Source: Desulfobulbus propionicus DSM 2032
GTDB lineage: Bacteria > Desulfobacterota > Desulfobulbia > Desulfobulbales > Desulfobulbaceae
DNA length: 32,000 nt
Reading direction: 5' to 3'
NCBI RefSeq assembly: GCF_000186885.1
Contig: NC_014972.1
Coordinates: 2,220,001-2,252,000 of the forward strand
Both the position numbers and the translations under genes were made by a program. The notes beneath the pieces were generated by a model. The model had not been told where the DNA came from. It was given only the letters and a program-made list of their open reading frames with translations, and made no database searches. Shown one piece after another: positions 19,087 through 27,489 of this stretch (positions within the stretch are counted from its first letter, which is position 1; each line of letters opens with the position of its first letter).

Positions 19087-20484
19087 TTACGCGAATCCTC
19101 CTTCCAGGCGGGCAAGGAGCAGCTTTCCGGTTTCACCGGGGATGATATCCTCCGGGGCGGTGAAGACCACGGTCTCGAAGTCTAGCTCGCCCCCCTCGGC
19201 TCGGTGGATCATGCTCCGCAGGGCAAGAATGCGCGCCAACACCACCTCGTGGCTCGGCCGTCCGGTCTTGGGCAGCAGCAGCCACAGCATCTGCTGCCCG
19301 GTGCGGGTGGTCAGGTCCGTGGTTCGCACCAGTTCGCGCAGCCGCTGGGCCAAGGCATCCACCAGCTCCGCCGCCGTCTGTTTGCCGTGCTGGACGTCGA
19401 GTTCCAACAGATTGGTCAGCTTGATGCCGATGATGGTGAAGCGCTCCTCCGCATGCCGGCGGGCCAGGTCAATCAGCCAGCCAACCAGCTGCATGAAATA
19501 GCTGGGCGGAACGCTGTTGACCGTATCGAGCAGGGCAAACAGATCCTCCATGGTGCCGCTCTTGGCGGCTTGCCCCCCCAGATCGGTCAGCTCGTAGGTG
19601 AAGATCTGGCCGGGGATCAGCTTCTCCGGTGGCGACGGCGTGCCGCAGTGCATGCAATGGGCCTGCACCTCGGGATCGATGAACACGTGGCCACAGCCCT
19701 GGCATTCGTAATTCTCCAACGGACGATCGTAGTCCGCGCCGATATGGCGCAACCGGGCGGCGCACTTCGGACACTGGAGCGCCCCCTTTTCGACAAACCG
19801 CTCCTCCGGGGCCACCATGCCGCAGGTGAAGCAATGGAGGAAGGGTTTTTGCAAGATGTTGATGCCGCCGCAGCTCGGACAGCAATCGATGAAATTGAGA
19901 TGCACCCCATGGCAGGCCGGACAGTGCCGAAGGCGGTCGACCAGGGTGGCACGCCGGATCAATTTCCGCTCACCCATCGATGCAAGCCGCGAGGCGACCA
20001 GCTGCGCCGACCCCAGCATGGCCTCCAGCGCCGGATACGCATAAAAGGCTTGATTGGACCAGAGCCGTCGCGGGGCAAGCGCCTCAACGGCACGGGACAG
20101 CATGTAGCCGGCGATGCGGAGCACGTCGCTGGCGTCCGGCGCAAAGAGGGAGGCGTCCAGCTGCGCCAGCCGCGCGACAAGGGTGCGGCCACGATCGCGG
20201 GCCTCTTCCGGTGAGGCGACGATGCCGTCGCTGAGGTCATCGTCCGGATCGCCCAGCGGGCTGGTGGTCAAAATCGGCTGCAGGCCAGTGCGTGGATCCC
20301 GGCGCAGTGCCCGCACGATACGGACGGACTCGTGGTGTTCACCGGTGGCGACGACAAACACCGTGGATCGGGTCGTTGTCGGCGCGAGGCTGTCGAAATC
20401 GGTCGCGCATCGGACATGCGCACCTTCCGGCGGTTCCTGTCCAAGGCAGGAGGCAGGGGAAGAGACGATATAGATCAGTTCCAT
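19087..20484 (-). CDS. TackOD1-like zinc-ribbon protein with degenerate GGDEF domain
   Basis: Cys pairs CPACHGVHLNFIDCCPSCGGINI, HCFTCGMV, LQCPKCAARLRHIGADYDRP, CQGCGHVF and CMHCG. C-terminal GGDEF-like fold where the signature reads TRTGQQMLWLLLPKTG. Confidence 0.8.
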   Translation of the reverse strand: MELIYIVSSPASCLGQEPPEGAHVRCATDFDSLAPTTTRSTVFVVATGEHHESVRIVRALRRDPRTGLQPILTTSPLGDPDDDLSDGIVASPEEARDRGRTLVARLAQLDASLFAPDASDVLRIAGYMLSRAVEALAPRRLWSNQAFYAYPALEAMLGSAQLVASRLASMGERKLIRRATLVDRLRHCPACHGVHLNFIDCCPSCGGINILQKPFLHCFTCGMVAPEERFVEKGALQCPKCAARLRHIGADYDRPLENYECQGCGHVFIDPEVQAHCMHCGTPSPPEKLIPGQIFTYELTDLGGQAAKSGTMEDLFALLDTVNSVPPSYFMQLVGWLIDLARRHAEERFTIIGIKLTNLLELDVQHGKQTAAELVDALAQRLRELVRTTDLTTRTGQQMLWLLLPKTGRPSHEVVLARILALRSMIHRAEGGELDFETVVFTAPEDIIPGETGKLLLARLEGGFA

Positions 20485-20835
20485 CGATTTTTTTCAGAAA
20501 CCTTTTTTTGTTGCACAACGTGCTCCCACGCCTGTCGCGGATGCGCATGGCCGGAGAGGCGAAAGAGGCGGTTGCCGACGATGATAGGTGAGGAGAGGGC
20601 GGCCATTCAAGAAAAATAATTCCCGAATGATAAAATTTACCAAAAGTTGACTTAAGACTTGGAGTCGGCCGATACCATTTAATACCGGCCGCCTCATGCC
20701 CGATCCCCCCGGATGCACGGAAAAATCCCTTGAAAAAGTTGCGTTTCTATACTTTAGACAGAAAGGAAAACCAAGGGCTTGCGTGTGACTCCGCAAGGCC
20801 GATCACGACAACCATCACGCTGTTGGGGGGCATCC

Positions 20836-21660
20836 ATGCGGGAAGACATGCACCATGTGTTGCGGCGGATCGCCGGCGGAACGGGCAAGATCACCATACT
20901 GACCGGAGCCGGAATCTCGGCCGAAAGCGGCATTCCCACCTTTCGTGGACCGGAAGGCTACTGGACGGTGGGTTCGCAGGTCTATCACCCCCAAGAGATG
21001 GCCACCTTCCACATGTTCTGCCAGATGCCCGACGAGGTGTGGAAATGGTACCTGTACCGCATGGGCGTGTGCGGCGCGGCCCAGCCCAACCCGGGACATC
21101 TAGCCCTGGTGGACATGGAGCGCCACTTCGGCGACCGCTTCACCCTCATCACCCAGAATGTCGACGGCCTCCATCTGCGTGCCGGCAATACCCTGGCCCG
21201 CACCTATCAGATCCACGGCAACGTCTTTTACATGCGCTGCTCGCTGGAATGCAGCGAGGCGGTGCATCCCATTCCGCCGGCGGTCAAGCCCAAAACCAAG
21301 GACCAGGATTTGACCGACAGTGACCGCGAGCTGCTGCGCTGCCCGCTGTGCGGTGCCCGGTCCCGGCCGCACATCCTCCTGTTCGACGAAAGCTATAACG
21401 AGCATCACTACCATTTCTACAGCTCGCTCAAGGCCGCCCAACAGACGGAGCTGCTCATCGTGGTCGGCACCGCCGGCGCCACCAATCTGCCCAACCAGGT
21501 GGCCCGCGAAGTCTACCAGCGCGATGGAGTGATCATCGATATCAATATCGAGACCAATCCCTTTGCCCAGCTGGCCGAAAAGAGCACCTGCGGGTTTGCT
21601 CTTCAGGAGCCGAGCGCGTCGGCCCTGCCCGCCCTTTTCAAGGTCATGACCGCCGCCTGA
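20836..21660 (+). CDS. Sir2-family NAD-dependent deacylase-like protein
   Basis: ILTGAGISAESGIPTFRG, ITQNVDGLHLRAG, IHGNVFYMRC..EC / CPLC zinc site and VVGTAGATNLPN. ORF open from TTG 20779. Confidence 0.9.
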   Translation: MREDMHHVLRRIAGGTGKITILTGAGISAESGIPTFRGPEGYWTVGSQVYHPQEMATFHMFCQMPDEVWKWYLYRMGVCGAAQPNPGHLALVDMERHFGDRFTLITQNVDGLHLRAGNTLARTYQIHGNVFYMRCSLECSEAVHPIPPAVKPKTKDQDLTDSDRELLRCPLCGARSRPHILLFDESYNEHHYHFYSSLKAAQQTELLIVVGTAGATNLPNQVAREVYQRDGVIIDINIETNPFAQLAEKSTCGFALQEPSASALPALFKVMTAA

Positions 21661-21850
21661 GCGTCACTCGCCTCGCACCGGCCCCGCGCCTGCCAGGAAA
21701 GGAACACTACTTGCGGACGGCAGATTTTGGTGCGCCGCCCTCGATTATACCGTAACCATTTGAAACAAAAAGATATTCACAAGAGAGAGTTGACCTTGCG
21801 CACAGGACAGCTTATTTTGCTGCCGTATCGACGCCTCAAGGAGAACCCAA

Positions 21851-22489
21851 ATGGACATTAAAGGATTGCGCAAAGAATACTCTAACCCGGTCCTCAAGCG
21901 GGACATGCTGGCCGCCGATCCCGTTGATCAGTTTGCGCACTGGTTTCAGGAGGCCTGCGATGCCGGGCTGCCCGAACCCAACGCCATGACCCTGGCCACG
22001 GTCGGGGCAGACGGCCAACCCACCCTGCGCACCGTTCTGCTCAAGCTGTTTGATACAAACGGTTTCGTCTTCTACACCAACTACGGCAGCCGCAAGGCCC
22101 GGCAGATCGGCGAGAACCACAAGGTCGCCCTGCTCTTCCCCTGGGTCAAGCTGGCGCGCCAAGTGGCGATCACCGGCACGGCGGAAAAGGTCAGCTCGGC
22201 CGAATCGGCCCGCTACTTCGCCAGCCGGCCGCGCGAGAGCCAGTTAGGCGCCTGGATCTCCAAGCAGAGCGCCGTGCTCACCTCGCGTCAGCTGCTGATG
22301 ATGGAATTGGAGAAAATGAAGAACAAGTTTCTCAAGGGCGAGATTCCCTTGCCTGATTTCTGGGGAGGGTATCGGGTTCGGCCGGACACGGTTGAATTTT
22401 GGCAGGGCCAGACCAGCCGACTGCATGACCGGTTTCTCTACACCCGCCAGCAAGGAAATGCCTGGTGCATCGAACGGCTGGCCCCCTGA
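21851..22489 (+). CDS. pdxH: Pyridoxamine 5'-phosphate oxidase
   Basis: DPVDQFAHWFQEA, NAMTLATVGADGQPTLRTVLLK, SRKARQIGEN, SRPRESQLGAWISKQS and C-terminal RLHDRFLYTRQQGNAWCIERLAP. Confidence 0.96.
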   Translation: MDIKGLRKEYSNPVLKRDMLAADPVDQFAHWFQEACDAGLPEPNAMTLATVGADGQPTLRTVLLKLFDTNGFVFYTNYGSRKARQIGENHKVALLFPWVKLARQVAITGTAEKVSSAESARYFASRPRESQLGAWISKQSAVLTSRQLLMMELEKMKNKFLKGEIPLPDFWGGYRVRPDTVEFWQGQTSRLHDRFLYTRQQGNAWCIERLAP

Positions 22490-22496
22490 ACCACCT

Positions 22497-22552
22497 CTCG
22501 GTGCGCAGATACGTGTTGGCCATGGGCCGTATCTCACCGAGCTTTCTTTTTT
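22497..22552 (+). terminator. Rho-independent terminator after pdxH
   Basis: CTCGGTG-(CGC)-AGATACG ... CGTATCT-CACCGAG followed by CTTTCTTTTTT. 14 bp stem with a 3-nt bulge. Confidence 0.8.
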
Positions 22553-22578
22553 CCACCTTTTCTCAACGGACTTGATCC

Positions 22579-24789
22579 ATGCGAATCCTGTTGCTTTGCT
22601 CCTGCATCCTGACCCTGGCTATCAACGCCCTGGCCGAAGAACCCAAGACCGCTCCTCCGGCCGGCGCCCCGCCCCTGCTGACCGCACCGGCCCCGCAGCC
22701 GGCGCCGGAAAGCAAGCCGCCGGCTTGGCTGCCGCAGCCAGGGCAAGCCCCGCCATCTCTCTCGCCCGCCGCAAGGCCGGCTGCCGACAAACCACAGACC
22801 GAGAAACCGGCCGTCTCGCCGGCGGCAACGGCTAAACCCGCGGTCGACAAACCGGCGGCACCGCAACAAACTGAAATCGCGCCGGCGGCCAAACAGAACA
22901 AAACAGCCAAAAAGAACGCCAAGAACAACAGTCAGCGGGCCAAAACCACAGCCAAGAAATTCGGCCGGGGAAACGATGTCCCCCCGCTGATTGCCGGCGC
23001 GGTCGACGACTCGGAATCGGCCCGGCAACAGGCCTCCCTGTGGCACCAGGTGCTGGATCTCCCCCTGACGCTTCGTCAAGTCACGGCCACGCCGCCGCTG
23101 CTGGCCGGCATTCGTCCGCAGCACACCAAAGCCGCGGTCGAGGAGTCCGAGCCACTGTTCAAATTTGAATCAGCGTTGGCCAAGCGGCTGGCGCAGCAGG
23201 AGGAGAAGGAGCAGAAAATCAGCAGCACCCTGGACATGCTCACCTCGCTGGTCGATCTGCAGCACAACATCAAGCAGCAGATCTCGATTCTTTCCAAAAA
23301 GCTGAAGACCAGCGGTTCGGAAACCGAGAAACAGGCCTTGCAGGAAGAGTTGGCCAAACTGGACAAACAGCTGTCCGAAACTGGAGCCGATTTCGAACGC
23401 ATCGCCACCGGCATCGAGCCCCAGGTCTTTTCCGAGCAAAAAGACGTGAGTTTCAGTTGGAAGGAGGAGCTGGCCACCCTGCTCGAACCGAGCATCAAGG
23501 AACTGAAACAGCTCACCGCTCGGGCACGGCAGAAATCGGAACTCAAGGAAACCATCGATGAGTACCACGAACAGGTCGTCACGGCTCAACGCGCGGTGGA
23601 ACACCTCAACCAGCTGATCAACGAGACCAAGGATCCGAACATCAAGGCCTATCTGGGCGAACTGATGCCCGCCTGGCAGCACATGGAGAAACGGATCGGC
23701 AGTAAATTGGAACTGGCGCAGCGGGAACTGGCCAAGCTGGAAGACAAGGATGTCTCGCTGCTGGAAAGCTCGGGCAATTCAGTGCGCGAATTTTTCCGTG
23801 ACCGCGGCTGGTACCTGCTCATCGCTCTGCTCGCCTTCGTGGTCATTCTTCTGGCCTTCCGCCTGATCGCCCGCCTGCTTTTTTTCATCCTGCCGGGCGC
23901 GCGCAAGGAACAGCGGCCCCTCCACGTCCGCATCCTGGACATCTTTTTCCAGATCTTTTCGGTGATCTCGGCCATTTGCGGCCTGATCTTCGTTCTCTAC
24001 ACCGCCGAGGATTGGCTTTTGCTCAGCGCCGCCATCATCCTCCTGGTCGGCATCGCCTGGACAGTGCGCCAGACCCTGCCCAAGATGTGGCAGCAGGTTC
24101 GGCTGCTGCTCAACATGGGCTCGATCCGCGAGGGCGAACGGGTGGTCTACCAGGGCGTGCCCTGGCGGGTGGAATCGCTCAACGTGTTCTGCAAGCTCTA
24201 CAACCCAGACCTGGGCATGCACCTGCGTATTCCGGTGGAAAACATGATCGGCCTGATCTCAAGGCCCTATCACAACGACGAGCCCTGGTTCCCCTGCAAA
24301 CGGGGCGACTGGATCGCCATTGACGGCAAGCCCTTTGCCAAGGTGGTCAGCCTCTCGCACGAACAGGTCGAGGTGGTCGAACTGGGAGGACGGCGCACGG
24401 TCTACCGGACCGCTGATTTTCTGAGCAAGTCGCCGGCCAACCTGTCGAGCAACTTCAACCTGCGGGTGGTCTTTGGCCTCTCTTATGCCCTGCAGGCCGA
24501 AATCACCACCACGGTCCTGGACACGTTGAAGACCTTCATCCACAAAAAAATGGAAGAGCATGGGTATGCCGAGGACTGCCTCAGCCTGTCGGTGGATTTT
24601 CTCCAGGCCGGCCCCTCTTCCCTTGACGTGGCGGTGCTGGCCGATTTCAAGGGCGACCAGGCCCCGGCCTATCGCCGGATCGAACGGGCCCTGGCCAAAT
24701 GGTGTGTCGAGTGCTGTAATGCCAACAATTGGGAAATCCCCTTCCCGCAGATGACCGTGCACCTGCCCGGTTCGGAAGGCACGGCCTGA
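22579..24789 (+). CDS. Atypical MscS-family mechanosensitive-channel-like protein with large periplasmic N-terminus
   Basis: Signal peptide, Pro/Ala/Lys-rich linker, coiled coil, TM segments, then CKRGDWIAIDGKPFAKVVSL, NLSSNFNLRVVFGLSY and C-terminal MscS-like alpha/beta region. Confidence 0.75.
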   Translation: MRILLLCSCILTLAINALAEEPKTAPPAGAPPLLTAPAPQPAPESKPPAWLPQPGQAPPSLSPAARPAADKPQTEKPAVSPAATAKPAVDKPAAPQQTEIAPAAKQNKTAKKNAKNNSQRAKTTAKKFGRGNDVPPLIAGAVDDSESARQQASLWHQVLDLPLTLRQVTATPPLLAGIRPQHTKAAVEESEPLFKFESALAKRLAQQEEKEQKISSTLDMLTSLVDLQHNIKQQISILSKKLKTSGSETEKQALQEELAKLDKQLSETGADFERIATGIEPQVFSEQKDVSFSWKEELATLLEPSIKELKQLTARARQKSELKETIDEYHEQVVTAQRAVEHLNQLINETKDPNIKAYLGELMPAWQHMEKRIGSKLELAQRELAKLEDKDVSLLESSGNSVREFFRDRGWYLLIALLAFVVILLAFRLIARLLFFILPGARKEQRPLHVRILDIFFQIFSVISAICGLIFVLYTAEDWLLLSAAIILLVGIAWTVRQTLPKMWQQVRLLLNMGSIREGERVVYQGVPWRVESLNVFCKLYNPDLGMHLRIPVENMIGLISRPYHNDEPWFPCKRGDWIAIDGKPFAKVVSLSHEQVEVVELGGRRTVYRTADFLSKSPANLSSNFNLRVVFGLSYALQAEITTTVLDTLKTFIHKKMEEHGYAEDCLSLSVDFLQAGPSSLDVAVLADFKGDQAPAYRRIERALAKWCVECCNANNWEIPFPQMTVHLPGSEGTA

Positions 24790-24808
24790 ATTGCCCCGGA
24801 CACGATTT

Positions 24809-26233
24809 ATGGACACCGAGCAGCTCGTCAATCAACTCGCGGCCATTGTCGGTCGGGAGAACGTTTCCGCCAGCGCCGTCGACCGGATCACCCACTCTTT
24901 TGACGCCACCCAGCGCCAATGCCTGCCGGACGTGGTGGTGCATCCAGCCAGTGCCGGGGAAATCAGCCAGATTGTCGGTCTGGCCAACGAAAAACGCATC
25001 CCCATCCTTCCCCGGGGCGCGGGCAGCGGCTTCACCGGCGGCAGCCTGCCCGTGCGGGGCGGCATCGTGCTGGTGCTCACGCGGATGAACCGCATCCTGG
25101 AGATCGATGTCGACAACCTGATCGCCGTGGTCGAGCCCGGGGTGGTCACCGCCCGGCTGCAACGGGAGGTGGAACGGCTGGGCCTGTTTTACCCGCCCGA
25201 CCCGGCTTCCAAGGATTTTTCCACCCTGGGCGGCAACATCGCCGAGTGCGCCGGCGGACCGCGCTGCGTCAAGTACGGCGTCACCCGCGACTATGTGCTG
25301 GGGCTGGAGGTGGTCACCCCCACCGGCGACATCATCCACACCGGCGGCCGGGCGATCAAGAACGTGGTCGGCTATGACCTGACCCGGTTGTTTGTCGGCT
25401 CCGAGGGGACGCTGGGCATTGTCACCCGCATCATTCTCCGCCTCCTGCCCAAGCCCGAGGCGCGCAAGACCATGCTGGTCGCCTTCTCGTCCATCGACGG
25501 CGCGGCCCGGGCGGTGTCGGCCATCATCCGTGGCAAGATCATCCCCGCCACCCTGGAATTCATGGATGCCTCGGCCATCGACTGCGTGCGCAAGGCCGCG
25601 CCGCTCGACCTGCCGCTGACCTGCCGGGCGGTGCTGATCATCGAGGTTGACGGCGATCAAGCGCAACTCGACGGCCAGGCCGCCCGCATCCTGGAAATCA
25701 TCCAGCCGTTGGGCGTGGTGGAAACACGGGTGGCGGCAACCGCCGACGAATCGGAGGCGATCTGGAAGGTGCGGCGCAGCGTTAGCCCCAGTCTGCGCAT
25801 CCTCAATCCCAACAAGTTCAACGAGGACATCGTCGTGCCGCGCTCGCGGGTACCGGAGATGATCCGTGCCCTGGAGGCCATCTCCAACCGGTACGGGGTG
25901 CCGATCGTCAACTTCGGCCATGCGGGCGATGGCAATATCCACGTCAATGTCATGGTCGATCTGCGGCAATCCGGGATGCAGGTAAAGGTGGAGCAGGCTC
26001 TGCATGACATCTTCCGCACCACCGTTGATCTCGGCGGATCGGTCAGCGGCGAACACGGTATCGGCACGGCCAAGGCCCCTTACATCGCCATGGAACTGGA
26101 CCCGGCCACCCTGGCCACCATGCGTGCCATCAAACAAGCCCTGGATCCCCGCAACATCATGAATCCGGGCAAGATCTTTCCGCCCGAGGAAGGGCAGCCG
26201 TCCTGCGTCCCCACGGTTTCGCCATCGCCATGA
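24809..26233 (+). CDS. glcD: FAD-binding oxidase, GlcD / D-lactate dehydrogenase type
   Basis: PDVVVHPASAGEISQIVGLANEKRIPILPRGAGSGFTGGSLPVRGGIVL, GLEVVTPTGDIIHTGGRAIKNVVGYDLTRLFVGSEGTLGI and SGEHGIGTAKAPY. Confidence 0.93.
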   Translation: MDTEQLVNQLAAIVGRENVSASAVDRITHSFDATQRQCLPDVVVHPASAGEISQIVGLANEKRIPILPRGAGSGFTGGSLPVRGGIVLVLTRMNRILEIDVDNLIAVVEPGVVTARLQREVERLGLFYPPDPASKDFSTLGGNIAECAGGPRCVKYGVTRDYVLGLEVVTPTGDIIHTGGRAIKNVVGYDLTRLFVGSEGTLGIVTRIILRLLPKPEARKTMLVAFSSIDGAARAVSAIIRGKIIPATLEFMDASAIDCVRKAAPLDLPLTCRAVLIIEVDGDQAQLDGQAARILEIIQPLGVVETRVAATADESEAIWKVRRSVSPSLRILNPNKFNEDIVVPRSRVPEMIRALEAISNRYGVPIVNFGHAGDGNIHVNVMVDLRQSGMQVKVEQALHDIFRTTVDLGGSVSGEHGIGTAKAPYIAMELDPATLATMRAIKQALDPRNIMNPGKIFPPEEGQPSCVPTVSPSP

Positions 26234-27489
26234 ACGAATTGCATTCACTGGAACACTACCGCGAGGCAATCGCCCAATGCGTGCGCTGCGGCGCCTGCCA
26301 AGCCCACTGCCCGGTATATCGGGAGACCGGCCGCGAGGGCTCGGTGGCCCGGGGCAAGATCGTGCTGGCGGCGGCGGTGCTCAACGGCGAGGTCGGGCTG
26401 GATGAGCGGCTGCGCGAGGAGATCGGCCTCTGTCTGCTGTGCGGTTCCTGCGTGGTCAAATGCCCCAACCGGGTGCCCACCGATGCCATTGTCGGCGCGC
26501 TTCGCCGACAGATCACCGCCGAGCACGGCCTGTCGCCGATCGGCAAGGGGGTGGCGGCCCTGACCGGGTCCAAGTCGTTGCTCAAAACCCTGGTGAAAGG
26601 CGCGGACCTGCTCTCGCCCCTGCTGTTCAAAAAAATCCCCGAAAGCAGTGGCCTGCGGCTGCGATTCTCGCCGGAACTGCTGCGGGAACGCAGCCTGCCG
26701 CCGATTGCCGACCGGGATCTCTTTGCCCGGGTGCCGGAGTTTCTTGAGGGCGAGGCAGACAAACCGGTGCTGGGAGTCTTTGCCGGCTGCGCCCTCACCT
26801 ACCTCTACCCCCAGATAGGGGAACTGCTGGTGCGCCTGCCGCACCGCCTCGGCTATTCGGTGTTTCTCCCCAGAGCCCAGGGCTGCTGCGGCATGCCGGC
26901 CCTGTCCTCGGGCAACGGACCGCTGATCGACAAGCTCTCAACCGCCAATATCAGGGCCTTTGCCGGCCGCGAGGTGACGGCCGTCCTCACCGCCTGCGCT
27001 TCCTGCCACGGCATGCTCGCCGGCCATTCCGGCAAACAGGCGGGCACGCCTTTTACCGCGCCGCTGATGGACATCCATGCGTTTTTCCACCAGCAGGGGC
27101 TGGTCGATCGCCTGGCATCGCTTCCCCGATGGCAACAGCGCATCCGGGTCACCTACCACGACCCCTGCCATCTCCGCGGCGCGGGGATCGTCAAGGAACC
27201 GCGCGCCCTGTTGCGCGCCCTGCCCCAGGTCGATTTTGTCGACATGGAAGACGCCGGACTGTGCTGCGGCCTGGGCGGCACCTTCACCGCCGCGCATCCG
27301 GAACTGAGCCGCACCATCGGCGACCGCAAAGTCCAGGGTCTGCGGGCAAGCGGGGCGGCCGTGGTAGCCAGCGGCTGTCCCGGCTGCATTCTCCAACTGC
27401 AGGATATCATCGACCGATCCGGCCTGCCGATACGCGCGGTGCATACCCTGGAACTGATCCACCAGGCCCTCAACGAGCCAGCGCAATGA
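26230..27489 (+). CDS. glcF: (Fe-S)-binding oxidoreductase subunit, GlcF type
   Basis: CVRCGACQAHCPVYRETG, CLLCGSCVVKCPNRVPT and CCG-domain motifs GCCGMPAL and ACASCHGML; CGLGGTF. ATGA overlap with glcD stop. Confidence 0.93.
   Translation: MNELHSLEHYREAIAQCVRCGACQAHCPVYRETGREGSVARGKIVLAAAVLNGEVGLDERLREEIGLCLLCGSCVVKCPNRVPTDAIVGALRRQITAEHGLSPIGKGVAALTGSKSLLKTLVKGADLLSPLLFKKIPESSGLRLRFSPELLRERSLPPIADRDLFARVPEFLEGEADKPVLGVFAGCALTYLYPQIGELLVRLPHRLGYSVFLPRAQGCCGMPALSSGNGPLIDKLSTANIRAFAGREVTAVLTACASCHGMLAGHSGKQAGTPFTAPLMDIHAFFHQQGLVDRLASLPRWQQRIRVTYHDPCHLRGAGIVKEPRALLRALPQVDFVDMEDAGLCCGLGGTFTAAHPELSRTIGDRKVQGLRASGAAVVASGCPGCILQLQDIIDRSGLPIRAVHTLELIHQALNEPAQ

Noticed and set aside
22640-22960. GC-rich repetitive-looking stretch in the mechanosensitive channel gene
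   Set aside because: It encodes an in-frame Pro/Ala/Lys-rich linker. Units are irregular, so it is not a CRISPR or mobile repeat.
24647-26269. 540 aa minus-strand ORF antisense to glcD
   Set aside because: The opposite strand carries canonical GlcD motifs; no recognisable product in the antisense frame.
27129-27485. Upstream extension of the larA frame inside glcF
   Set aside because: The LarA homology starts near ATG 27486, which overlaps the glcF stop. The extension is out-of-frame glcF sequence.
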